Under the pieces are notes generated by a model. The model searched no databases, was not told where the DNA came from, and saw nothing but the letters and a program-made list of their open reading frames with translations. Both the position numbers and the translations under genes were made by a program. From Pirellulales bacterium (GTDB lineage: Bacteria > Planctomycetota > Planctomycetia > Pirellulales > JADZDJ01): DNA of 64,000 nt. Of the stretch, positions 20,223 through 29,913 are shown piece by piece (position 1 is the first letter of the stretch; the number at the start of each line of letters is the position of its first letter). The stretch lies in contig CAVTYH010000001.1 in the NCBI GenBank assembly GCA_963738835.1, forward strand, positions 592,071 through 656,070. The letters are read 5' to 3'.

Positions 20223-21765
20223 ATGTTTAGAGCTCAACCGAGAAGAGTTACGCCGGGAATGGCCCTGCGCATCTTTGCCGATGTGCTAATGGTGCAGTTT
20301 TCTTTGCTGGCCGCACTCTCGCTGATGCTCTTGTATCATTTGCTCGTGGGCTATTTGCCGGCGGCCAAGTCGTTATCGCAGCATTTTTGGTTCATGCTGG
20401 GGCAGTATGCTGACGCGGCCTGGTCGCTGACCATCATCTGCATCGCGGTCTTTTATCTAAGTGGCTTTTACACGTATGGGCGTTTTTATCAGGGTCGCTA
20501 TAAGGCGCTGATTATTATTCAAGCTGTCTGCCAAAGTTACTTATTTTTTGGATTCATCACTTATTTCTTGCAAGGAAAATTATCACTACCACGTTCGGCG
20601 CTGATTTTGTCGTGGGCATTAACTTTAGTGCTGCTGCGTGGGCTCCCGGTTGTGGTTGCACGTCTGGAAAAAAATCGCTGATCCGGAACGCGATCGCATT
20701 CTAGGCCAAAAACACAGCGCGGCTAAACATGTGCTGGTGATTGGCGGAGCCGGCTACATCGGTTCTGCGTTGCTGCCCAAACTGCTGAGCAGCGGATACC
20801 GCGTGCGGCTGCTCGACTTGCTGATGTTCGACACCGACCCGATCGATCAGATCCTTGGTCATCCGAATTTGGAAATCATGCAAGGCGATTTCCGGCATGT
20901 CGGCAAGATCGTCGAAGTGATGCAAGGGGTTGATGCCGTGGTGCATCTGGGGGCTATCGTCGGCGACCCAGCCTGCGAATTGGACAATGAGCTAACCACG
21001 GAAGTCAATCTATCCGCCACGCGAATGGTCGCCGAAGTGGCCAAGTTCTGCGGCGTCCAACGATTCATCTTCGCCAGCACATGCTCGGTTTACGGGGCCT
21101 GTGATGAATGCTCGACGAACGATCTTCCACGCGACCCGTCTCTCACTACGGCAACACGAAGTTGGCCGCCGAACGGGTGCTGTTGGGCATGGCCGATCAG
21201 CGCTTTGCACCGACCATTTTGCGATTTGCCACGATCTACGGCCTCTCGGGCCGCACGCGATTTGATCTGGTGGTCAACCTCCTAACGGCGAAAGCCAAGA
21301 TCGACGGCAAAATTACCGTCATGGGCGGCAATCAGTGGCGGCCATTTGTGCATGTTGACGATGCCGCCTTGGCGGTTGCAACCGCTCTAGGACGCGCCAC
21401 TGGAAATTGTCGGCAACGAGATTTTCAACGTCGGCTGTGACGCCCAAAACTACACGATCAAGCAGATGGGAGAGATTGTGCACGAGCATGTGCCCGGCGC
21501 AGAATTGCTCGTCGACGAGCACGATACCGATCGTCGGAACTATCGCGTCAGCTTCGCCAAAATCTGCAATCAATTGAACTTCCAGCCGCAGTGGACACTG
21601 GAGCAGGGCATCCAACAGGTGCTCGAAGCCATCGCCCGCGGCGATATTCTCGATTACCGAGACGCCAAATATAGCAACGTGAAATTCCTGAGCACGCAAG
21701 GCACCGAACAACTGAGCCGCAGCACGTGGGCGCATGAATTGCTGAAGGAAATCACGGCTAATTGA
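20223..21765 (+). CDS. SDR-family NAD-dependent sugar epimerase/dehydratase with N-terminal 4-TM domain; about 3 frame changes in this assembly
   Basis: TM region in ORF 20223..20681. Rossmann VLVIGGAGYIGSALL, STCSVYG and YGNTKLAAE (YxxxK) lie in ORFs 20638..21285, 21108..21440 and 21466..21765. Confidence 0.8.
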
Positions 21766-22505
21766 AGCATTTCTGGCGCAATGGCTGCAGAACTGGACCG
21801 CCTGATTCAACTTCATCTCTTAAACTGGACACAAGTGCTGTGCGCGTTCTTGTAGTGGCGCCCCATCCGGATGACGACGTGCTTGGTTGTGGCGGCGTCA
21901 TGGCTCGCCACGCAGACAAGGGAGACGATGTGCATGTGGTGGTAGTGACGCGAGGCATTCCGGAGCTGTTTTCGTCAGAGTTCGTAGAACAAGGGCGGAA
22001 CGAACTTCGCCAAGCACATCAATTGCTGGGAGTGGACGGCTTGCGATTTCTCGATTTCCCGGCGCCACGAATGGACACCGTGCCTCGGCATGAGATATCT
22101 GATGCCATCGGCCGTGTGCTGAAAGAGATTGAGCCACAAACCATGTACGTGCCGCACTTCGGCGACATGCACTTCGAGCATGGTTTAACCTATGAAAGCT
22201 GTCTTGTGGCGGCCCGGCCAATCAGAAATTGTTCAGTGCAGCGAATTCTGGCCTATGAAACGCTATCCGAGACTGAGTGGGGCCCGCCGATCGCTGGAGC
22301 CGCTTTCCAGCCGACTGTCTTCGTCGATATCGCGCCGTATTTGGAAAGAAAACTCGCCGCTATGGCAGGCTTCAAAAGCCAATTGCACGCTGAACCGCAT
22401 CCGCGATCCTTGGCGAATTTACGGGCCCTGGCCAAGCTTCGTGGCAGCGTAGCATCGTTGCAGGCAGCGGAAGCTTTTATGTTGGTTCGCGAAATCGTGG
22501 GTTAA
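21762..22505 (+). CDS. PIG-L/LmbE family deacetylase
   Basis: VLVVAPHPDDDVLGCGG motif. The true start is unclear: ATG 21781 (MAAELDRLIQLHLL) is in a neighbouring frame, suggesting an indel near 21820. Confidence 0.8.
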   Translation: MKHFWRNGCRTGPPDSTSSLKLDTSAVRVLVVAPHPDDDVLGCGGVMARHADKGDDVHVVVVTRGIPELFSSEFVEQGRNELRQAHQLLGVDGLRFLDFPAPRMDTVPRHEISDAIGRVLKEIEPQTMYVPHFGDMHFEHGLTYESCLVAARPIRNCSVQRILAYETLSETEWGPPIAGAAFQPTVFVDIAPYLERKLAAMAGFKSQLHAEPHPRSLANLRALAKLRGSVASLQAAEAFMLVREIVG

Positions 22506-22519
22506 AAACTCTGATAGCC

Positions 22520-22948
22520 GTGGATAACTTGCTTCATTCGCCATTTCGGCTGCATCACGTTGGATTTGTTGTTCCGACGCTTGCTACGGGACAGGCAATG
22601 CTCAAGATGTTGGGATTCGATGTCACCACTCCCAGCTATGCGGACCCGGTTCAAAAGGTGACCGTACAATTCATTTACCCGTCAAGCGATGTTGCTATTG
22701 AACTGATTGCACCGCTGGACGAAAAGTCGCCGGTCACTCGTTTTCTAGCCAAGCAAGGCGCCGGATTGCACCACTTGTGTTACGAAGTGCCAGATATTGA
22801 CGACGCCTGTAAATATCTCCGCGAGCTGGGCAGCATCATTTCCTGCGAGCCGGTTGGCGCGGTGGCTTTCAACGGGCGTCGCATCGCGTTTCATTATTGG
22901 CAGCGGCAAATTATCGAGTTGCTCGAGGCCGAGAAACCGCTCTTATGA
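22520..22948 (+). CDS. VOC (glyoxalase/methylmalonyl-CoA epimerase-like) family protein
   Basis: HHVGFVVPTL and GLHHLCYEVPDID metal-ligand contexts. GTG start. 142 aa. Confidence 0.7.
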   Translation: MDNLLHSPFRLHHVGFVVPTLATGQAMLKMLGFDVTTPSYADPVQKVTVQFIYPSSDVAIELIAPLDEKSPVTRFLAKQGAGLHHLCYEVPDIDDACKYLRELGSIISCEPVGAVAFNGRRIAFHYWQRQIIELLEAEKPLL

Positions 22949-24672
22949 AATCGCGCATAGTGCGAATCGCCGTTTTGGCGTCCTTTAATCTCGACCTGCT
23001 AAAAAGGTTGCTGGGCGAATCGTTATCGTGCGCCGGCATGAGTGCAGAGTTGTACTTCTCCGGATACGGCTTATGGGAGCAGGAGTGCGTGGACCCCAGA
23101 TCTGCGTTGCACGAATTTCAACCTAACGTGGCAATTCTGGTTGCCGACGCGGCCGATTTGCTTCCGCCGCTGCATCCAGGCGATATGTTGCCAGAGCGAG
23201 CCAAGAGCGCCAGAACTGGCTCGAACGGTTGGCAACGATTACTAACAGCGATCGATGGCATCCTCGAAGGCTCGCCGCAGACGACAGTTCTGGTTCACAA
23301 TTTAGTGCGCCCAAGAATCAACACACTGGGAACTCTGGAAGACAATTCCGGTTTTTCCGCAGGTGCCGCGGTCGCTTACATTAACGACCAACTTCGCTCG
23401 TTAGCAGAAAGCAACATCCAGGTTCGTGTGATCGACTATGCAGGCTTTGTGTCAGAACATGGGCATGCCGTGCTCTCCGACGACCGGATGTGGCATTTGG
23501 GTCGTATGCGACTGGGGCGTAAAGGGCTGGAACTTCTAGCGGCGCTGTATCCACGGTATGTTTCAGCGCTGTTGATTCCGCGTCGCAAGTGCCTGGTGCT
23601 CGATTTGGATAACACTCTTTGGGGCGGAGTGCTTGGCGAAGACGGCCCCGACGGAATCGCCATTGGGCAGGAAGGATTGGGGCTGGCATTTCGAGAATTT
23701 CAACTGGCGATTCTGGCGCTTGCACAGCGCGGCGTCGTACTGGCTATCGCGAGCAAGAACAATCCGGCCGACGTTTTTGAAGTTCTCGAGAATCATCCCG
23801 AAATGGTGCTTCGCCGGCGAGATTTTGCCTGTGCTGAAATTCATTGGAATCCGAAGTCAGAATCGTTGCCGCGCATTGCTGAGCAATTGAATGTTGGGCT
23901 CGACAGCTTCGTTTTTTGGGACGACGAACCACGTGAGCGCGAAATTATTCGCACCCAACATCCCCTGGTTTTCGTTCCTGAGGTGCCCGTCGATCCGTCG
24001 TCGTATGCTCAGATGCTGCTGAATCTGGAGTGTTTTGATGTGCTTAGCCTGACCGAAGAAGACCGTCGGCGCGGTGAAATGTATCGCCAAGATGTCAGCC
24101 GGCAACAATGGTTGACAAGTGCCGCGCCGTCGAACCTCGCGGAGTTTTATGAATCACTCAACATGTCTGTATCAATCGACCGGCCTGATGTCTACGGCGT
24201 GCAGCGACTCGCGCAATTGACGCAGCGCACCAGCCAATTTAATTTCACCACGCGTCGCTATACGGAAGCTGAAATTCAGGCGAAGTTGGATGATCCGTTG
24301 TGCGGTCTTTACGCCATCAGTCTGGCCGATCGTTTCGGAAAACTAGGCGTTGTCGGCGCGGCGATCGTCTATCGACAGCCGCAAACCTGGCAGCTTGACA
24401 CATTTTTGATGAGTTGCCGAGCGCTAGGCCGAGGCGTCGAAGAAGCGTTCATGGCAACGTTGGCGTCGGAAGCGGCCGATGCTGGAGCGGTTCTCTGCGG
24501 CCAATTTATCACAACGAAGAAAAACGTGCCCGCTCGGCAGTTTTTGGAGCGATTGAATATTCCACTTTATGAGTGCGGCGACTCGGTCTTCCATTTCGAA
24601 ATTGATCCGGCCAAAATCGTTTTTCCGTCTTGGATTGCCAGACTACCGGGAGTTCACTCCTATGAGTCGTGA
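22945..24672 (+). CDS. FkbH-like HAD-IIIC family protein
   Basis: HAD-IIIC core CLVLDLDNTLWGGVLGEDG..LAIASKNN..FVFWDDEPRERE. ATG 22945 overlaps the upstream stop (ATGA). Intact, about 575 aa. Confidence 0.85.
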   Translation: MKSRIVRIAVLASFNLDLLKRLLGESLSCAGMSAELYFSGYGLWEQECVDPRSALHEFQPNVAILVADAADLLPPLHPGDMLPERAKSARTGSNGWQRLLTAIDGILEGSPQTTVLVHNLVRPRINTLGTLEDNSGFSAGAAVAYINDQLRSLAESNIQVRVIDYAGFVSEHGHAVLSDDRMWHLGRMRLGRKGLELLAALYPRYVSALLIPRRKCLVLDLDNTLWGGVLGEDGPDGIAIGQEGLGLAFREFQLAILALAQRGVVLAIASKNNPADVFEVLENHPEMVLRRRDFACAEIHWNPKSESLPRIAEQLNVGLDSFVFWDDEPREREIIRTQHPLVFVPEVPVDPSSYAQMLLNLECFDVLSLTEEDRRRGEMYRQDVSRQQWLTSAAPSNLAEFYESLNMSVSIDRPDVYGVQRLAQLTQRTSQFNFTTRRYTEAEIQAKLDDPLCGLYAISLADRFGKLGVVGAAIVYRQPQTWQLDTFLMSCRALGRGVEEAFMATLASEAADAGAVLCGQFITTKKNVPARQFLERLNIPLYECGDSVFHFEIDPAKIVFPSWIARLPGVHSYES

Positions 24673-24898
24673 AATGTTGCGGAAACTCGTGGCCGAAACG
24701 CTGCAGTTGGCTCCCGATCAGGTTCCGCCAAACGCCAGCAGCGAAACATTGGAAGCTTGGGATTCACTGCGGCATCTGGATATTATTCTCGCGGTCGAGT
24801 CGGCCACTGGAATCAAATTCCCGACGGCCGAAATCGTGGAGCTTACATCGCTGCCGAAGCTCGAAGATGCACTTGCTCGACACGGTTGGAAGTCATGA
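24662..24898 (+). CDS. acyl carrier protein (ACP-1)
   Basis: 78 aa from ATG 24662. Phosphopantetheine-Ser context EAWDSLRHLDIILAVE. Overlaps the FkbH stop by 11 nt. Confidence 0.8.
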   Translation: MSREMLRKLVAETLQLAPDQVPPNASSETLEAWDSLRHLDIILAVESATGIKFPTAEIVELTSLPKLEDALARHGWKS

Positions 24899-25878
24899 GC
24901 CAAACGTGGGAATGCCGATCGTATCGGCCAGGAGACGAGAACGGCATCCGCGACTTGTACCGCGAGGTCTTCCATATCGACATGTCGCCTCAGCTGTGGC
25001 ACTGGATGTATCAATTATGCCCAGCCGGGCCCGCGGTTATTGTCGTTTTGGAATATCAAGGGCGGTTGGCCGGACATTATGCGGTACAACCGCGCGAATT
25101 CTGGATGGTTGGGCAGCGCTGCACTGCAGGCATTGCCGTTGGTACGATGTTGCTGCCAAGCATTCGCAGCGTAAGTGCCCTTAGCGATCTGGCGCAGCAG
25201 GCATATCTGTTGTGTCGGCAGCGAGGCTATGAATGGCTGTACGCATTTCCGAATGATCAGGCCCATCGGGTACGCTGCGCACTCTTGGGGTGGCGGCCAC
25301 TGCCGGAAATCGTCGAGTGGGACGGTCCCTTGCCACGGGTGAATTCGGCCGTGGCCGACAACGTGCGTACTTGGTCGCAAATGCCCGGTCATATTGATTT
25401 TGCACCGCTGTTTTCAGAACCGGCGCAGCGGGCGAATCCGGGCTCGGAATGGATTTATCCCGCGCGTTCCACCGACTGGATCCGATGGCGATATTTTGAG
25501 CGACCTGACAGCGAGTACATTTTGCACACGCTCGCCGAACAGCAGGGTGTGTTGGGGTATGCGGTTACCAAGCGATATACTCGAGACGGCGTGCGCTACG
25601 GTCACGTGCTGGATTGGCGCATGGCGGCAAATGCCAGCGATCGGACCGCGGACTTGTTGACCTCGGTATGGAGACAGTTACTCGATTGGAATGTCGAGAG
25701 GGTTTCTTGCTGGGCCCGGGGGCAAACCGAACTTGTAAAATGGTTAACGATGGCTGGTCTCTCGATGGCAGGCATTAAAACAAACTTTTGTTATTTCGAC
25801 TTGAACGATCGCCATGATGCGTTGCTGAACCAGGCCAGTGCGTGGCAGGTTGAGATGGCCGAGAGTGATCGATACTGA
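24895..25878 (+). CDS. putative acyltransferase (weak GNAT-like pattern)
   Basis: Intact 327-aa ORF. ATG 24895 overlaps the ACP-1 stop (ATGA). YQGRLAGHYAVQP..AGIAVGTMLLPSIR..GYEWLYAFPN is only loosely GNAT-like, so the function is called mainly from context. Confidence 0.5.
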   Translation: MSQTWECRSYRPGDENGIRDLYREVFHIDMSPQLWHWMYQLCPAGPAVIVVLEYQGRLAGHYAVQPREFWMVGQRCTAGIAVGTMLLPSIRSVSALSDLAQQAYLLCRQRGYEWLYAFPNDQAHRVRCALLGWRPLPEIVEWDGPLPRVNSAVADNVRTWSQMPGHIDFAPLFSEPAQRANPGSEWIYPARSTDWIRWRYFERPDSEYILHTLAEQQGVLGYAVTKRYTRDGVRYGHVLDWRMAANASDRTADLLTSVWRQLLDWNVERVSCWARGQTELVKWLTMAGLSMAGIKTNFCYFDLNDRHDALLNQASAWQVEMAESDRY

Positions 25879-25937
25879 AGAGACCCGAAGTCTGAAGTTC
25901 TTGCGGATGTCTGACAGCGTACATCGGAGTTAGTAGT

Positions 25938-26663
25938 ATGCGGGCGTTAAATTCGATTGGATTGGGACTCAAGCGAATAATCGATTTAGTCGCTGCGATC
26001 GTGCTGTTGGTCGTCTGTTCGCCTTTGTTTCTCGTCGTGGCGATTCTCATCAAACTCGATTCGTCCGGGCCGGTGTTTTTTCGCCAGGAGCGAATCGGGT
26101 ACCGCGGACGACTGTTTCGCATTTTTAAGTTTCGCACCATGACGGCCAACGCGGACCAAATCACCCGAGGCATGCCCGGCGATGCCGCCTGTCCGTTGAT
26201 TACTCGTGTAGGACAACACTTGCGGAACTATCGAATTGATGAATTGCCGCAACTAATCAATGTCGTATGGGGTGAAATGAGTCTTGTCGGCCCACGGCCC
26301 CTGGTGCCCGTCTACGCGAACGCTTGGACCGACGAGGAACGTAAGCGACTCAACATGCGGCCTGGGATGACCGGATGGCAACAAGTAAACGGCGCGGCAA
26401 CCCACGACTGGGCGCAGCGCGTCGCGCTCGATGTCTGGTATGTCGAGCATTGGACGTTGTGTTTAGACATTTTGATCGTGCTTCGCACTCCTTGGGTCGT
26501 TATCGCCGCACAGACGGTTTATGGCAGCGACGGAATCGATAGCAGCTCAATTCCTCCTCGCGCTGGCGGCGACAACTTCCAAGTCTTCGGATCCGTCGTC
26601 TGTTGGGCGACAACCTTGACCTCCGAGTCGCTGCCGAAGCAGCGAAGATCACCGGATTTCTGA
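25938..26663 (+). CDS. undecaprenyl-phosphate sugar-phosphate transferase (bacterial sugar transferase family, PglC/WbaP C-domain type)
   Basis: TM helix IDLVAAIVLLVVCSPLFLVVAILI, then SSGPVFFRQERIGYRGRLFRIFKFRTM and DELPQLINVVWGEMSLVGPRP. Confidence 0.9.
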   Translation: MRALNSIGLGLKRIIDLVAAIVLLVVCSPLFLVVAILIKLDSSGPVFFRQERIGYRGRLFRIFKFRTMTANADQITRGMPGDAACPLITRVGQHLRNYRIDELPQLINVVWGEMSLVGPRPLVPVYANAWTDEERKRLNMRPGMTGWQQVNGAATHDWAQRVALDVWYVEHWTLCLDILIVLRTPWVVIAAQTVYGSDGIDSSSIPPRAGGDNFQVFGSVVCWATTLTSESLPKQRRSPDF

Positions 26664-26667
26664 GCAA

Positions 26668-27318
26668 ATGAGATCAGGTCTGGAAGTAATCGTTATTGGC
26701 GCTGGCGGCCATGCCAAGGTCGTCATCAGCTCTTTGCGTGCCAGCGGATGGTCTGTTCGAGTCGTTTACGATGACGACCCCAAAAAATGGAATCACACGA
26801 TCCTGGATGTGCCGATATTGGGGCCTGTCGAAAAGCTTGGCGAACCTGATCGTTGCCCTGCCGTTATCGCCGTCGGGGATCCTCTGTTTCGCGAGGAGGT
26901 TGCAAGACAGTATGATCGGGACTGGGTCACCGTGATTCACCCTAGAGCCTATGTCGACGATACTGCAACCGTCGGGCCTGGAACAGTGGTTTTTGCGGGT
27001 GCCGTTATTCAGCCGGAAGTTTCCATTGGCACCCATGCAATTATCAATACGTCCGCAAGCGTGGATCACGATTGTATTCTCGACGATTATGTCCACATCG
27101 GGCCGGGAGCACATTTGGCGGCCAGTGTTCACGTTCAGCACGGAACATTTCTGGGAACCGGATCGTATGCAATTCCTGGCATTACAATCGGCAAATGTTC
27201 AACGATTGGGGCGGGGGCTACTGTGATTCGCGATATTCCCGACAATGTCACAGCTGTTGGATGTCCGGCACGTATTATTAAACGACACCAACCGTTTATT
27301 AAACGACACCAGCCGTAA
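26668..27318 (+). CDS. NeuD/PglD-family sugar N-acyltransferase (left-handed beta-helix)
   Basis: VIVIGAGGHAKVVISSL N-domain, then hexapeptide repeats (VGPGTVVFAGAVIQPEVSIGTHAIINTSASV..). The C-terminus carries the duplicated IKRHQP(F)IKRHQP. Confidence 0.85.
   Translation: MRSGLEVIVIGAGGHAKVVISSLRASGWSVRVVYDDDPKKWNHTILDVPILGPVEKLGEPDRCPAVIAVGDPLFREEVARQYDRDWVTVIHPRAYVDDTATVGPGTVVFAGAVIQPEVSIGTHAIINTSASVDHDCILDDYVHIGPGAHLAASVHVQHGTFLGTGSYAIPGITIGKCSTIGAGATVIRDIPDNVTAVGCPARIIKRHQPFIKRHQP
27277..27315 (+). repeat. 21-bp tandem duplication at the 3' end of the acyltransferase gene
   Basis: attaaacgacaccaaccgttt / attaaacgacaccagccg(taa): one mismatch. Encodes IKRHQPF-IKRHQP-stop. Confidence 0.9.
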
Positions 27319-27343
27319 AAGCGTATTTGTGAGGAATGGGGCA

Positions 27344-27601
27344 ATGAATCGAACGACAGAAGTTAGAGCCGCCGTAGAGGCTGAGGTCCAGCGCATCTTA
27401 GAGCACTCGGGCAGGCCTTTGCAGTCGCCCCAGGATGATGATGCACTGTTCCGAATGGGGCTAGATTCTTTGGACTTAGCGCAGCTCGTCGTGGCGTTGG
27501 AACAGCGGTTGGGCGTCGATCCGTTCCGCAAACAAGGCTCTCCAATTCGCACGTTCGGCGATTTGATAAATGCTTATCGCATCGAATTGGAAAAGAATTA
27601 G
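27344..27601 (+). CDS. acyl carrier protein (ACP-2)
   Basis: 85 aa from ATG 27344, preceded by gagga. Ser attachment context FRMGLDSLDLAQLVVALE. Confidence 0.8.
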   Translation: MNRTTEVRAAVEAEVQRILEHSGRPLQSPQDDDALFRMGLDSLDLAQLVVALEQRLGVDPFRKQGSPIRTFGDLINAYRIELEKN

Positions 27602-27650
27602 TAATTGGCTGTTGCACGCTTACTTAGCGGGCATTCACTGTATCGAAGTC

Positions 27651-28337
27651 ATGCACGATCTTATCATTGTTGGAGCCGGCGCTTTCGCTCGCGAAATCAG
27701 GCAACTGGTTCCGCAGAGCTTTCCGTATCGTTCGGTGAAGCTAAAAGGATTCCTATCAAGCAACCCGCGCGATCTTGAGAACTATGAAATATCAGAACCG
27801 ATTCTCGCGGATCCGGATATTTATGTTCCGCAAGAGAACGACCGTTTTTTGTTGGCGATTGGCGACATCGAGGCTCGGCAGCGCATCGCCGAGCGTCTTA
27901 AAGCACGTGGAGCTCGCTTTCTGAGCCTCATTCATCGGACAGCGTACATCGATAACCGAGCTGAAGTTGGCGAAGGCTGCATTATTTACCCCTTCGTCAC
28001 AATTATGAATGATGCGAAAGTATCCGACTTCGTCTCGATGAACATTTACTCTTCCGCCGGCCACGATGCCAGAATCGGGCGGTTCTGCAATTTGTCTCCT
28101 TACGCAACCATGAACGGATTTAGCGTACTTGAAGACGAAGTATTTTTAGGAACCCATGCCAGCGTATTGGCTTATCGACGTGTAGGACGTGGCTCCAAGG
28201 TCAGCGCAAACTCGGTGGTGACGCAGGATGTACGACCGCGCATCGTTAGTGTTTGGCGTTCCAGGCAGGCAGACAGCGTTGATTTCGACCTCATCTTAGC
28301 TTCTGAAGGCACGGCCTCTCCCGGTGAGCTTGGTTGA
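27651..28337 (+). CDS. hexapeptide-repeat (LbH) acyltransferase, NeuD-like N-domain; probable frame change near the C-terminus
   Basis: ATG 27651 MHDLIIVGAGAFAREI. Hexapeptide repeats VGEGCIIYPFVTI..IGRFCNLSPYATM. The expected C-terminal LVFGVPGRQ lies in another frame near 28245. Confidence 0.75.
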   Translation: MHDLIIVGAGAFAREIRQLVPQSFPYRSVKLKGFLSSNPRDLENYEISEPILADPDIYVPQENDRFLLAIGDIEARQRIAERLKARGARFLSLIHRTAYIDNRAEVGEGCIIYPFVTIMNDAKVSDFVSMNIYSSAGHDARIGRFCNLSPYATMNGFSVLEDEVFLGTHASVLAYRRVGRGSKVSANSVVTQDVRPRIVSVWRSRQADSVDFDLILASEGTASPGELG

Positions 28338-28607
28338 CGTTTGCCGATAACCAGCGAATAGATTTCACGACATCGACTGAGCGATGTGGTAAATAAGCAA
28401 CAGTGTGTTGGCAATCGCATCCGTTTTCATTGACACAGAACCGCGGTTAAGAATTGGGCGTTTGCCAGTTTGAAGATGATTTTTAAGATGAGCCACAATT
28501 GTCGGCACGGCGTTTGCCATTCAATTCGAGTTCTTTGTAGCTTCGCTTAAGAAATGATTGACGCAGTAGCATGTCGCAAGTCGGAGCCAACGACAGTAAG
28601 TGCATCC

Positions 28608-29913
28608 ATGCATCAAAAAACGGAGTTTGACCTGCAACAAATCAATGTCGCCAGTCATCCCCAGGGACCAACTGCTCTGGCACAAAAATCGCTGCTGCAC
28701 CATATTTCCTGGACTTTGATCGGGAATGTGATTTATGTTGCCTGCCAGGCTGGATGGTTGATTCTAATTTCAAAGTTGAGTAACGAGGGATCACGGGGGC
28801 GATTTGTTTTAGCGTTGTCAATTACCACTCCCGTGATCTTTTTTTCCGCCGTGGCGATGCGGCAGATGCTGGCGACCGATGTCAAACACGAATATCCTTT
28901 CTCGGTATACCTGCGCATCCGCTTGTTGACCACCGTCTTGGCGATTGTCGTGATCGGCGGAATCGCCGCTGTACAATGGAGCGACCATCGCGCCGCCGCA
29001 GTCGTGTTGCTGTTAGTGGGAACAGCTAAGGCGTTTGAGTCGATCAGCGACATCATTTTTGGGCGGATGCAGCAATTCGAACGACTTGATCGCGTGGCAC
29101 TCTCGATGATGATCAAAGGCCTGATTTCACTAATCATGCTGGCGATCGGACTTGCCGTCACGCATGATGCTGTCGGAGCTGCTGCCGGAATTGCCATTAG
29201 CTTCTTGATAACGCTGCTATTGATTGATATCCCCAGCGCACGGTTGGTGACGAAACACGCAGCACTGTCAGAATCGCACGCGCACTCTGCTCGGAATGGG
29301 GGGCCTTGGTTCTTCAGCGGTTCTTCCGGTTTGCAGCTTGTTCGTGGCGCTGCACCCTTGGCCTTTGCCAGCGGATTGGTCGTATTGAATCCAAACATTC
29401 TGATTTATTTCATCCGCTGGAGTTCGGGAGAGCGCACCGAAGAACTGGTCGGAGTCTATGGATCGCTAAGCTATTTGGCACAAATTGGCACGATTGTGGT
29501 CGCCGGCGCTGGGCATGGCCGCCGTAACACGGCTCGCGTCCTATTTTGCGGATGGAAAGATTCGAGAGTATTACCGCGTGCTCTGGCGGCTCGTGGGTTT
29601 GTGTTTTGCGCTGGGGGTGCTGGGTGCAATCGTCACGTTACTGGCCGGAAAAGAAGTACTCGCGATTCTGTTTCGCAAAGGCGATGCGGCTTACGCCGGC
29701 GTACTGGCATGGGTCATGGTCGCAGCGGCAATTTCCTACATTGCAAGCATCCTTGGACTCGCCGTCACTGCCACACGCACTTTTCATCGGTTCACCGTGC
29801 CGTACCTGATAGTAACGATCGTAGCAATAATCGCCTCCGCACTGCTGATTCCTCGGTTCGGATTGACAGGCCCGCCTGGCAAGTTGCGCGTTTCAATCTT
29901 GCGGCCTGTATGA
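28608..29913 (+). CDS. Wzx-type oligosaccharide flippase (MOP superfamily); at least 1 frame change in this assembly
   Basis: Multi-TM. The N-terminal two thirds lie in the frame of ORF 28554..30674 up to about 29500. The C-terminal third is in ORF 29485..29913 (..LGMAAVTRLASYFADGK..). Confidence 0.7.
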
